Shown here piece after piece: positions 1 through 11,181 of a stretch of DNA of 42,802 nt; within the stretch, counting starts at the first letter, position 1, and each line of letters begins with the position of its first letter. Source of the DNA: Chiloscyllium plagiosum (taxonomy: Eukaryota); assembly GCF_004010195.1 (NCBI RefSeq), contig NC_057718.1:69206346-69249147 (forward strand), in the 5' to 3' direction. Below the pieces are notes generated by a model, which was not told where the DNA came from, made no database searches, and saw nothing but the letters and a program-made list of their open reading frames with translations. The translations under genes were made by a program, and so were the position numbers.

Positions 1-200
1 GCTCTGCCAAGCTCTGCTCAGACCCTCTCTGTTCCCTTGCTTCACTTTCTGCTCAGACACAATCTATTCCCAGCACTGCTCGCAAGTTCCACACTCTGCT
101 GAGACCCTACCCTCTCCCAGTTATACTCCCTTGCTCCAAACTCCACTCAGACATTCCCCACTCCAACTTTGCTCAACAGTCTGCCTAGACCTTCTCCTCA
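1..200. repeat. Degenerate C/T-rich minisatellite-like region (core CTCTGCTCAGAC)
   Basis: Variants of ctctgctcagac at ~12, ~47, ~94, ~141 and ~180; irregular 35-47 nt spacing; runs off the window start. Confidence 0.4.
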
Positions 201-420
201 CTGGCTCTGGATCAGTCCGAGATCCCTGCCTCAATGTGGTAAGTGTTCCTGCTGCAGCCTTTCAATGCTAGTTGCCAGTATACCCTGCAATTTAAATATG
301 TACTTCCTAAGCAGCCTGCATGTGTATTGGAGATGTTTCTCGATAGTCTTGATGGGATGTCAATGTCAGATGTCAATATCTCTGAATGAAGTGTGCTTGC
401 AGCTTGTGTCCGTAGACATA

Positions 421-1000
421 CTGGCCACACTGCCATACATTAAGGGTATACCAGAAATGGCCACCAGACTACTCCAACCCCTGGGTATCATAGTAGTCCA
501 CAAAGTAACTACCACACTACGATAGCTACTAACAAGTATAACCAACAGGACCAACGTTATATACAAAAAACCATGTAAAGATCACCAAAAGCACAATATA
601 GGGCAAACTGGAAGGAAATTACCTACCAGGGTACACGAACACCAACTAGCCACCAAGAGACATGACTAGCTGTCACTTGTACCCATACACTCGGACAGTG
701 AAGATCACTAATTTGACTGGGACAACGGATCCATCCCAGGACAAGCCAAACAGAGGCTTGCATGGAAATTCCTGGAAGCTGGGCACTCAACCTGGAACTC
801 CATTAACAAACATGTAGAGTTGGACCCTATATACCAACTATTAAGGAACAGCAACAAAATTGGAAATGACACCACCAACCCCAGCAGACCCAGACATCCA
901 ATGCTTTACCAGAGGCACACTGATGATGTTACCTAGAATGGTGATGAAATGTCTGCGAACAAACCTACCAGGTCAGTGAGCAAGTCAACAACCTCATCCA
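421..1000 (+). mobile_element. Penelope-like element (Poseidon-like), 5'-truncated: GIY-YIG endonuclease plus terminal repeat
   Basis: Translates ATLPYIKGIPEMATRLLQPLG..., then NVIYK.PCKD...YIGQTGRKL..RVHEHQ with stops; homologous to 9161-9842; hammerhead motif at the end. Confidence 0.9.
916..957 (+). ncRNA. Minimal type-I hammerhead ribozyme motif (partly decayed)
   Basis: caca-CTGATGA(920-926)-t-gttacc tagaat ggtgat-GAAA-t-GTC-tgcg. Confidence 0.7.
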
Positions 1001-1669
1001 ATGCTGATTTCTGTATTAGGATTTCTCAGTATCAAACTTATTTGGCAAGTTTGCTGAGATGGGAAGATTAATATTGATGAGGTGTGGCATTAATAAAGGT
1101 CATTAATAAGTTATAATTCCCCTTAAGTTGGCAACTCTCTGCTGCCTAGTGGGAAACCTTGCATGCAGGAAATGCATAAAAATGCAGCGAGATGCTCATG
1201 CATGAGATAGGCCTTGTCAAACTTCTCATTTGATTCTGGTACAAATCTTTCCATTGTTCATATCTTTCAGACATTAGATTCTGCCCATGGTTTTATTAGA
1301 GACTAATGTTTGAATGTTACATTACTTTAGCTCAGAATAACCAATATCTTTAGATACAAAATCTATCTAAAATTTATAATATAGTTATTTCCTTCTGAAA
1401 TAGGTTGGAAATCATACAATTCTCCAACCCATTTCCCTAGAGTATTGCAGAACTGGGCATATTACTTAAGTTAGTGCAGACCTAAGCAGGCTTACAGCTT
1501 ACACTGGGAGACTGGATATGGAGGCTAGCACTTTCTTTTCTGCAACCCACTCAATTCTCCATCCACATTAATTTATGAGCATTAATCCTGTAGAGATACT
1601 GCTGACTTCTGTGCACGTCCAGTATTGGTTTTTTTATGTAATTTATTAATATGGTTAATAGAAAAAGAA

Positions 1670-1740
1670 GGGCAGACAGGGCCTCAATTTAATATTTCAT
1701 CTGAAAGACAGTATCTAAAAATGCAGCATTTCTTCTGGTA
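1670..1740 (-). mobile_element. Probable DeuSINE (SacSINE1/AmnSINE1-like) fragment
   Basis: gggcagacagggcctcaatttaatatttcatctgaaagacagt...tgcagcatt resembles the reverse complement of the conserved central DeuSINE segment, recalled from memory. Confidence 0.5.
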
Positions 1741-2300
1741 ATCACATCATTTTGTTTGGTCTTAATTACATAAATGATGTAAGACTATAGTTTTGGTGAT
1801 TACTTCTTCTTTAAATTGTCTGTGGAAGTAGAACAGTGAGATAGGTGGTTTTGCCTCTAATTTGCTAATTAACCTGGCGATACAGTGCTTATGTTTCCCC
1901 TCATAACATAAGAAACTAGGCATTGATATAATGGTATTGAAGCATCCAATAGATGTTTATTACATTTAGAAATTAAACACTAACATTGCATTCACAGGCA
2001 AGTAAATATTTAGCTAACATAAAGTTATTGGTTTACACAGTCATATGCAATTTGCACTTGCTATGTTTCAAGTTATTGAGTTAAGAATATCTTTTTCTTT
2101 TGGGTCACATCATATGATGCAATGGTGATATTGTAAGCATGTATCTTAAAAGAATAGTGACATATCGACCTTGAGAAATAACAAAATAGAAGACAGAAGC
2201 AGAAAGTTAAATAAAATATTTCAAATTAGAAAAAGTATAATAGTGTAAACATTTCATTGGAGATCATTTTCTAACAAGTAGTTAGCATGTACTATTCTCA

Positions 2301-2495
2301 GGGAAGAGAAAGTGAGGACTGCAGATGCTGGAGATCAGAGTTAAAAGTGTGGTGTTGGAAAGGCAGCATCTGAGGAGAAGGAGAATCGATGTTTTGGGAA
2401 TAAGCCCTTTATCAGGAAGGGTTTATTAGGTTGCCTGATGAAGGTCTTATGCCCGAAATATTGATTCTCCTGCTCCTCAGATGCTGCCTGATCCA
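2301..2495. mobile_element. Fold-back non-autonomous PLE terminal-repeat derivative with 15-bp TSD
   Basis: TSD catgtactattctca at 2286-2300 and 2496-2510; inverted arms 2361-2416 and 2434-2489, homologous to 8341-8466. Confidence 0.9.
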
Positions 2496-2911
2496 CATGT
2501 ACTATTCTCACACAAATTGTTCAAATTATGTACCTTAATATCTCAGTAAATAGAGTGTATGCAGAAATGTAATGCGAAGTATTCATTACAAATTTACTTT
2601 GGAAATAAGAATTACAGTTGTATTTAAACACTGCCAGTCAACCCAAAGAGGATATAGTCTCCTTGCACTTATTGGCAACCAATGAGATTTATAGACACAC
2701 ATGACTAGATGTTTGCATATTCAAGATACATAGGTAAAATATAATCAATACAAATATGTTGAAAATAGTAGGCTCACAAAAAAATGTTAATCTTCCTTGC
2801 AGTAAGAGCAAACACTGCTGGATTATTAGTTATAACAAGGAATCAATCAATACTTCCTGTCAGTGTGGAAGAAAATAAATCTCATGTACTGTAAAAATAT
2901 AGAAAGCTATT

Positions 2912-4670
2912 AGAATCATAGAGTCAAAGAGTCTTATAACACTGAGATAGGCCCTTCAGCCCAAACCGGTCCATGCCGATCAAAATGTCCATGCAAACCC
3001 CATTTCCTAGCATCTGGCCCATAACCTTCTAAACCTTTCCTATCCATGTATTTGTCTAAGTGCCTTTTAAGTGTTGCTAATGTATCTGCCTCAACCACTT
3101 CTACTGACAGTACCATATGTGCACCACCCTCTGTGTAAAAAGGTTGCCCCTCAGGTTCCCTTTTATTCTTTCCCCTCTAAACTTAAATGGATGCCATCTA
3201 GTCCTCAATTCCCCAACCTTAGGAAAAAGACTGACTGCATTCACCCTATCCATGCCTCTCATGATTTTATAAGCTTCTATAAGATCCTCCCTCAGTCTCC
3301 TACGCTGTGAAGAAAAAAGGTCCTAGCTTGTCCAACATCTCTCTGTAACTCAGACCCTTGAATCCTGGCAACATCCTTGTAAATTTCTTCTGTACGCTTT
3401 CCAGTTTAATAACATCCTACCTATAGGAGCGTGACCAAAACTGAACACAATATTCCAAATGCAGTCTCACCAACGTCCTGTACAACTGCAACATAACCTC
3501 TCAACTTCTCTACTCAATGCCTGACTGTTGAAGGTCAGAGTGCCAAAAGCCCTGTCCACCTGTGAATCCACTTTCGGACAGCTATGCACCTGAACTCCAA
3601 GGTCCCTCTGTTCCACTACACTCCTTAAGGCACTACCATTCACCATTAAACTCCTACCTTGATTTGACTTTCCAAAGTGCAAGACCTCACTCTTATCTAT
3701 ATTAAACTCCATTTGCCATTTCCCGGCCCCCTTCCCCAGCTGATCAGATCCTGTTGCAGTTTCTGACAACCTTCCTCACTGTCCACGATACCACCTATTT
3801 TAGTGTCATCTGCAAACTTACTAGGCATGTCTTGTACGTTCTCTTCCAAATCATTGATATAGATAACAAACAACAAGGGGCCCAGCACCAACCCCTGAGG
3901 CACTCCACTAGTCACAAATCTCCAGTTCGACAAGCATTCTTCTGCTAGTACCCTCTGCTTCCTATCATCGATATAATTGTGTATCCAATTTGCCAGCTCC
4001 TATGGGATTCCATGTGGTCTAACCTTCCAGAGCAGCCTACCATGTGGAATCTTAACAAAGGCCTCACTGAAATTCATATAGACTATGTCTACTGGCCTGG
4101 CCTCATCAAGCTTTCTGGTTGCATCATCAAAATATTCTAATAAATTTGCGAGGCATGATCTCCCACGCACAAAGCCATACCCTGAGTCCATCGGCCTTGT
4201 CTGTCAGCCCTCTTGTATTGAAATAGATGTAATTTAATCCAATAAGCATTCTTCTCTCCCTGTTGTGTTTCAGTCTTACTATTTCTGATTGCTGTAACTC
4301 CTTCCAGCCTCGCACTTGACTTTCTGCTGTTGAGAATCCCATCCCTTGCCAATCTAGTTTAAACATTCCCTTGTAGCACTCGCAAACCTGGCTGTGAGTT
4401 CAGGTGCAACTCGTCTCTCTTGAACTGTTAACTTCTCCGGAAAAGATCCCAATGATCTAAAAATCTGAATCCCTGCGCCCTGCACCAATTCTCTAGCCGT
4501 GCGTTCACTTGCAATATCCTTCTGTTCTTACTCTCACTAGCACATTGCACTGGAAGTGACATGGGGATTACCTCCATCGAGGTCCTGGTTTTTAACTTTT
4601 TTCCTAGCTCTCTGTAATCACTCCATAGGACTCCATCCCTATGTCTAACTATGTCACTTGTGCTAATGTG
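2912..4670 (-). mobile_element. CR1/HER1-type LINE remnant: ORF1 end, ORF2 start, internal deletion, RT and 3' tail
   Basis: Minus-strand peptides GFRFLDHWDLF (ORF1 esterase-like), YFNTRGL..KAD, YGFVRGRSCLANL, SGVPQGLVLGPLLFVIYINDL, SKFADDTKIGG; (TCATAGAG)-like tail near 2912. Confidence 0.9.
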
Positions 4671-5554
4671 CTGTTGGAAAGCATAATAATTTGATTCTTC
4701 TTTACAAGTACTCATTTTAAAATATTATCTGTTGCACACCACTGTTAAGAAGTTTTTGAGAGTCATACTTCCTGGGTTCAGAAATTTGTTTTTAAAAATG
4801 TCAGCTGTTACTTCAGTCAGCTAAAGTTAACTTGCAGTGTTTCACATTGAATGGGGCTAAATCTGTGAATGAAGTAGATGCAAATGGTGGTCTAGCCTCA
4901 TCACATGCTTTTGACTGGAAATTAACTGATTAATGGGGCAAATGATCCTGTTTAAGAAGTACAGGTGGGGTGCTCTGTGATAAATTAAATGTCATGGAAA
5001 GTAACTTGTGAAGAACAGCCTTGTTTTGAACACATCTCCCAGGCAACTATTTCAAACATTACATCACAGCTTTGGGGCTCAGATGATATCATTATTACTG
5101 GATTCCACTATATTAAATATGGAAGTTATAGTTAATCAACAGGCAGTCACTGTTGTCCAACTAAATGAAGTTGTAAATACATCAAATCAGACAAGCTGCT
5201 ATGAGTCTTCCTACAACTTGAAATAGTGTGACTTACCCTGTGCTCTTTTCTTCCAACTGAATAAATGCCTGAAGTTAATCAATTAAGATATATCTTTCTT
5301 GAAGCTCCTGTGGATTGGACTGGTATTTTTCCACTAAATCTGACAATATGGAGCCTGCAATTTACCAGATGCAGAGTTCAAAAGTTATTGGTATGACATT
5401 TGTTATACTGTCAGGTTACATTCCATTTGCATGTGTAATTTGAAAAAAGATACCTTTAGAAGCCTAAGACAATGGCAAATGTTTGCATTTATTCTCCCTA
5501 ATGAACAAAGTTGCCTGTTGGCCATATCTGACTAGCCTGGCAATTCAGCTCAGA

Positions 5555-5955
5555 CCATAAACTCCTAAGGTTTAGAAGTAGAAGAATGTCATGCAGCTCG
5601 AGTCTGTTACACCAATCAATGAGATCATGGCTGCTCTGATAATCCTCAGCTCCACTTTCCTGCCTTTTCTCCATAACTCTCAAATCCCTTACTGACTAAA
5701 TCTGTCTATCCCAGCCTTGAATACAGCTAATGATTCAGCCCCAGCAGCATTCTGCAGTAAAGAATTCCACAGGTTCACAACCCAAGGAGAGAAGGAATTC
5801 CTTTTTATCTCTGCCTGAAATGTGTGACCCCTTATTCTGAGATTATGGCCTCTGGTCCTAGATTCTCCCACAAGAGAGAACAACCTTTCCACATCTACTC
5901 TGCCAAGTCCCCAAAAAATCTTATATGTTTCAATAAGGTCACCTCTCATTCTTCT
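5555..5955 (-). mobile_element. CR1-type LINE 3' end fragment
   Basis: ORF 5689-5949 MRGDLIETYKI...SRTRGHNL...VVNLWNSL...FKAGIDRF. Confidence 0.85.
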
Positions 5956-5963
5956 GTATTAAA

Positions 5964-6265
5964 TAGAAACATAGAAGTGCAGAAAATAGGACAAGTTGGC
6001 CATTCAGCCCTTCACGTCTGCTCTGCCATTCATTATGATCGTGGCTGATCACTCAACTCAATAGTCTGTTCCTGCTTTCTCCCCATATACATTGATCCCT
6101 TTAGTCCGACATGCTATATTCAAATCCTTTTTGAAATTATACAATGATTTAGCTCAACTGCTTTCTGTGATAATGAATTCCAAAAGCACATCTCTTTCTG
6201 GGTGAAGACATTTCTCTTCGTCTCAGTCTTAAATGGTTCATCCATATCCTTAGACTGTCATCTCT
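5964..6265 (-). mobile_element. Second CR1-type LINE 3' end fragment
   Basis: tagaaacatagaa tail followed by the same 3' UTR motifs (ggccattcagccc...tgatcgtggctgatc) and C-terminal coding remnants. Confidence 0.75.
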
Positions 6266-6269
6266 TTTA

Positions 6270-7355
6270 GTCACAGGAGAAGTGCAAGGAACTTGAGAAT
6301 AGCTAACATTACTCCTTTGTTTAAGAGGGGAAAGATGAATAATTCAGGAAATTATAGGCCAGTGAGCCTTACATCAGTAATAGGGAAACTTTGAAGAAAA
6401 TTCTTAGGGATTAGATTGACTCACATCTGGAAAACTATGGACTTATTAGCAATTGTCAGCATGGCTTTGTGCAGGGAAGATCATGTCTCACAAACTTGAT
6501 TGAGTTTTTTGAGGAAGTGACAAAGATGATTGATAAGAACAGGATAGTACATCCGTCAATATAAATTTTAGCAAGGCCTTTGACAAAGTTCCTTCATGGC
6601 AGGCTGATACAAAAGGTGAAATCACATGGGATCCACATGAACTGGCAAAATGGATACAGAACTGGCTCAGTCATAAAAGGATTCTTAGTAGCATCAACAT
6701 ATAAAGGGATCTAGGCATTTGGTCCACACTTCCCTCAAAGAGGCAACACTAGTGGGTAAGGTAGTCCAGAAGGCTTATGGCATGCTTGCCTTCATTGATC
6801 AGGACATAGAGTACAAAAATTGGCAAGCAATGTTGCAGTTATATAGAACTTTAGTTAGACCACATTTGGAATATTGTGTATAGTTCTGGTTGCCACATCA
6901 CCAGAAGACATGGTGTCTTTGGAGCAGGTACAGAAATGATTTATAAGGATGTTGCATGGTTTGGAAGGTACTAGTTATGAAGGAGATTGGACAAAATTAG
7001 TTTGTCTTCACTTGAATGTTTGGGGCAACCTGATTTACAAAATTATGAAAGGCATTGATAGAGTAGACAATCAGAGTCTTTTTTCTAGGGTAGAAATTAG
7101 AATTACAAAGGGCCATACATTTAAGGTAAAAGGGGGTAAGTTTAAAGAATATGTGAGAGGCAGGTTTTTTTACACAGAGGAGGAAGAGGTGATAGATACA
7201 GATACAATGGCAATGTTTAACAGGTATCTTGACAGATATTGGCAGGGAATGGGGGATACGGACAGTGTAGAGACAAAGGGTTTTTAGTTTATAAAGGCAT
7301 CCTTTGTTGGCAGAGTCCTGGAGGGCCAAAAGGCATGTTCCAGTACTGTATTCTT
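6270..7355 (+). mobile_element. CR1/HER1-type LINE RT region to 3' end, with internal deletions
   Basis: NYRPVSLTS-like, QHGFVQGRSCLTNLIEFFEEVT, FSKAFDKVP, LYRTLVRPHLEYC motifs; 3' tail gggccaaaaggcatgttcc. Confidence 0.85.
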
Positions 7356-7394
7356 CCTTTTGTTCTAACTCCTGGTTCTGGACTCTTGTTAAGG

Positions 7395-7535
7395 GCAGTG
7401 TTAGTCAACCTACAACACATGGACTGCAGCTGTTCAAGAAGGCAGCTCAACACCACCTTCTCAAGGGCTGCTAGGGATGGGCAATAAATGCTAGCCAGCC
7501 AGCAACACCCACGTTCCACAAGTTGATAAAAAAAA
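7395..7535 (+). mobile_element. 3' tail of a second LINE family (CR1/L2 group)
   Basis: ...FKKAA.HHLLKG, then gggatgggcaataaatgc...A-rich end; same tail occurs at 35250-35355 (-) and 35550-35614 (+). Confidence 0.65.
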
Positions 7536-7613
7536 TTAGATCCAGAGAAGAGACATACAAATTGGCCAGAAAGAAATAACAGATCTGAGGAGTGGGAGCA
7601 GTTTAGAATTCAG

Positions 7614-8466
7614 AATCCAACCCAACCTCTACTCTCGGCACCTTCCCCTGCAAGAGACCACTCCCTCCGCGACTCCCTCGTCAGGTCCACACCCCCCACC
7701 AACCCAACCTCCACTCCCGGCACCTTCCCCTGCAACCTCAAGAAGTGCAAAACTTGCGCCCACACCTCCCCCCTCACCAAGGCCCCAATGGATCCTTCCA
7801 TATCCATTGCAAATTCATCTGCACCTCCACACACATCATTTACTGTATCCATTGCACCGATGTGGTCTCCTCTACATTGGGGAGACAGGTCGCCTACTTG
7901 CGGAACGTTTCAGGGTACACCTCTGGGACACCCGCACCAACCAACCCAACCGCCCTGTGGTTGAACACTTTAACTCCCCCTCCCACTCCGCCAAGGACAT
8001 GCAGGTCCTTGGCCTCCTCCACCGCTAGAACCTGACCACACGACGCCTGGAGGAAGAGTGCCTCATTTTCAGCCTAGGAAACCTCCAACCACACGGGATG
8101 GGATGAATGTAGATTTCTCCAGCTTCCTCATTTCCCCTCCCCCCACCTTATCTCAGTCCCAACCCCTGGATGCAGCACCGCCCTCTTGACCTGCAATCTT
8201 CTTCCCGACCTCTCTGCCCCCACCCCCTCTCCGGCCTATCACCCTCACCCTCACCTCCTTCCACCTATCGTATTCCCAGCGCCCCTCCCACAAATTCCCC
8301 CTACCCTTTATCTCAGCCCACTTGGCACACCAGCCTCATTCCTGAAGAAGGGCTTATGCCCGAAACGTCAATTCTCCTGCTCCTCGGATGCTGCCTGGCC
8401 TGCTGTGTTTTTCCAGCACCACATTTTTCAACTCTGGTCTCCAGCATCTGCAGTCCTCACTTTCTC
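7614..8466 (+). mobile_element. Neptune-like PLE, 5'-truncated (Cys linker, GIY-YIG, terminal repeat), 16-bp TSD
   Basis: GTFPCN..KCKTC linker; FICTSTHIIYCI.C / CGLLYIGETGRLLAERFRVHLWD; TSD gcagtttagaattcag at 7598-7613 and 8467-8482. Confidence 0.93.
8337..8373 (+). ncRNA. Minimal type-I hammerhead ribozyme motif, core intact
   Basis: CTGAAGA(8342-8348)-a-gggc ttat gccc-GAAA-C-GTC; palindromic ACGT stem III; stem I weak in this copy. Confidence 0.75.
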
Positions 8467-8952
8467 GCAGTTTAGAATTCAGCAAAGGAAGACAAAGGGA
8501 TTGATGAAGGAAGGGAAAATAGAGTACGAGGGTAGGTTTGCAGGGAATATAAATACTGACTGTAAACATTTCTGTAAATATGTGAAGAGAAAAAGATCAA
8601 TCAAGATTAATGTAGTCCCTTACAGTAAGGAAGGGAATTTATCAAGGCAGCAAAGTAACGGCAAATCAATTAAATACACACTTGGTTCTATGTTCATTGT
8701 TCTGCAAATAACACATAAGAAACGTTATGTCTGTTTGGTAAGTTTTCAGAGGACATGAAGGCTGGGGGAACTTTGGATAGTAAAGCGTGTTGCAATGGGA
8801 TATAATACTCTGCATCTACCCTGACTAGTCCTGTTAGAATTTTATAGGTTTCTATATGATGTTTTTCTTCTGAACTCCAATGAATGCAATTCTAATTAAT
8901 CCAACCTCTTGTCATATGCCTGTCCTGCAGCTCAGGAATCAGCCTGGTAAGC

Positions 8953-9842
8953 TTTTTCAAAGTTTGTGAGAAGATTTGTAGTTCGGGTGCTCGTTGTGGT
9001 GGTTCTGTTCGCCGAGCTGGGAATTTGTGTTGCAGACGTTTCGTCCCCTGTCTAGGTGACATCCTCTCGTGTCGTTTCGTGGCTAGTTGGTGTTCATGGA
9101 TGCGGATCGTTAGCTGTCTTCCTGTTTGTCCTATGTAGTGTTTTGTGCAGTCCTTGTATGTATTCGCCAAAATGGATACCCGCGCAATTTCATCAACAGA
9201 TGCCCAAGGGAAAGTCAACAGAATGAGGACATGCCACTACCCAAAGGACTAGCCACACTACCATACATCAAGAGCATTTCCGAACTGACAGCCAGACTAC
9301 TGCGACCACTAGGATTCATAACAGCACACAAACCAACAGCCACTCTCAGACAACAACTCACCAGAACGAAGGACCCATACCCAGCATGAGCAAAACCAAT
9401 GTAGTGTACAAAATCCCATGCAAGAACTGCACAAAACACTACATAGGACAAACAGGAAGACAGCTAACGATCCGTATCCATGAACACCAACTAGCCACGA
9501 ATCGACACGGCCAGCTATCCTTAGTAGCCACACACGTAGATGACAAGCAACATGAGTTCGACTGGGACAACACTGCTATTATAGGACAAGCCAAATAGAG
9601 AACAGCCAGAGAATTCCTAGAGGCATGGCACTCATCCACAGATTCAATCAATAAGCACATTGACCTGGACCCAATTTACCGACCACTGCAATGGACAGCT
9701 GGAACTGACAACCGGAAGCGGCAGATTGAAACCCCTACAAATGCTGGAGGAAAGATCACAGAAGCGCTTCACAGGAGGCTCCCAAGCACTGAGGATGTCA
9801 CCTAGACAGGGGACGAAATGTCTGCAACACAAATTCCCAGCT
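8953..9842. mobile_element. Poseidon-like PLE with inverted arrangement
   Basis: Minus arm ~8956-9160 (GIY-YIG piece plus terminal repeat); plus arm 9161-9842 (KGLATLPYIKSISELTARLLRPLG, NVVYKIPCKNCTKHYIGQTGRQL); probable TSD tggtaagc at 8945-8952 and 9843-9850. Confidence 0.92.
9786..9825 (+). ncRNA. Minimal type-I hammerhead ribozyme motif
   Basis: gca-CTGAGGA(9789-9795)-t-gtcacc tagaca ggggac-GAAA-t-GTC-tgc; the inverted copy at 9031-9066 retains GAAACGTC. Confidence 0.8.
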
Positions 9843-10643
9843 TGGTAAGCCTTTGCTACACTCCCCCTATAGCAAAATTATCCTTCCTCAGATAAGGAGA
9901 CAAAAACTGCACACAATATTCCACCAACTTCAACAAGACAACTCTGTCCCTGTACCCAGGAGCTTCATGCTATGAAGGCCATCAAAATATTTTCCTTCTT
10001 TACTGCCTATTGCACCTTCATGCTTACCTTCAGAGACTGGTGTACTAGGACTCTCACATTTTACTGTATATTATCCCTCTCGATGTATACGCATTCGGAT
10101 ATTAATCTGCTTTCCTGTTTTTGCTATCAAACCTCACAGTTATCCATGTTATACTACATTAACAATGCAAATGCCCATTCAGGGTGTCTATGTCACACTG
10201 CAGCACCTCTGTATCCTCCTCACACCTCACCTTCATCTGAAAATTTGAAGGTGTTACATTTAGTTTCTTAATCTGAATCATCAATATATATTGTAAATAG
10301 CTTGGGTGTGAGTACTGATCCCTGTGGTACCCCAGCAGTCATTATCTTCCATTTGGAAAAAGATCTGTTCGTTCCTACTTATTGTTTCCTGTCTGGCAAC
10401 CAGTTTTCTCTCCACCCCAACTCCCATGCATTTTTTTACACACTAATCCCTTTGTTAAAAGTCTTCTGAAAGTCTAAATAAAGCACATCTACTGGCACCT
10501 CTAAGCAGCTCTATGGGTTACATCCTAAAGAATTTCAGTTGATTTGTCAAATACAATTTCCCTTTCATAAATCCATACTGCCTCTGTCTGATCCTGCCAC
10601 TGTTTCCTAAATGCTCAGCTCTCCATTCAATTATCGTGGACTC

Positions 10644-11143
10644 NNNNNNNNNNNNNNNNNNNNNNNNNNNNNNNNNNNNNNNNNNNNNNNNNNNNNNNNN
10701 NNNNNNNNNNNNNNNNNNNNNNNNNNNNNNNNNNNNNNNNNNNNNNNNNNNNNNNNNNNNNNNNNNNNNNNNNNNNNNNNNNNNNNNNNNNNNNNNNNNN
10801 NNNNNNNNNNNNNNNNNNNNNNNNNNNNNNNNNNNNNNNNNNNNNNNNNNNNNNNNNNNNNNNNNNNNNNNNNNNNNNNNNNNNNNNNNNNNNNNNNNNN
10901 NNNNNNNNNNNNNNNNNNNNNNNNNNNNNNNNNNNNNNNNNNNNNNNNNNNNNNNNNNNNNNNNNNNNNNNNNNNNNNNNNNNNNNNNNNNNNNNNNNNN
11001 NNNNNNNNNNNNNNNNNNNNNNNNNNNNNNNNNNNNNNNNNNNNNNNNNNNNNNNNNNNNNNNNNNNNNNNNNNNNNNNNNNNNNNNNNNNNNNNNNNNN
11101 NNNNNNNNNNNNNNNNNNNNNNNNNNNNNNNNNNNNNNNNNNN
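10644..11143. other. Assembly gap (500 N)
   Basis: Run of N; the round length suggests a scaffolding placeholder. Confidence 0.99.
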
Positions 11144-11181
11144 CTATGTTATGGGCACTGTTTCCGAGGGAAGCCTTCACT

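Larger units (their letters stand above)
7540..8720 (+). mobile_element. CR1-type LINE ORF2 middle fragment, split by a PLE insertion
   Basis: EWEQFRIQ|QRKTKGLMKEGKIEYE...NINTDCKHFCKYVKRKR is continuous across the TSD. Confidence 0.8.
8810..10643 (-). mobile_element. Decayed CR1-type LINE RT region, split by a PLE and cut by the assembly gap
   Basis: Minus strand RQRQYGFMKGK.YLTN at ~10530-10595, GVPQGSVL-like at ~10310-10335, YLRKD..AIGGV at ~9860-9900. Confidence 0.8.

Noticed and set aside
1..200. Repeat-spacer pattern reminiscent of CRISPR
   Set aside because: Repeats are short and degenerate, spacing is irregular, there are no cas genes and the context is vertebrate
8186..8758. 190-aa ORF
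   Set aside because: Chance read-through from the PLE 3' UTR into a CR1 fragment
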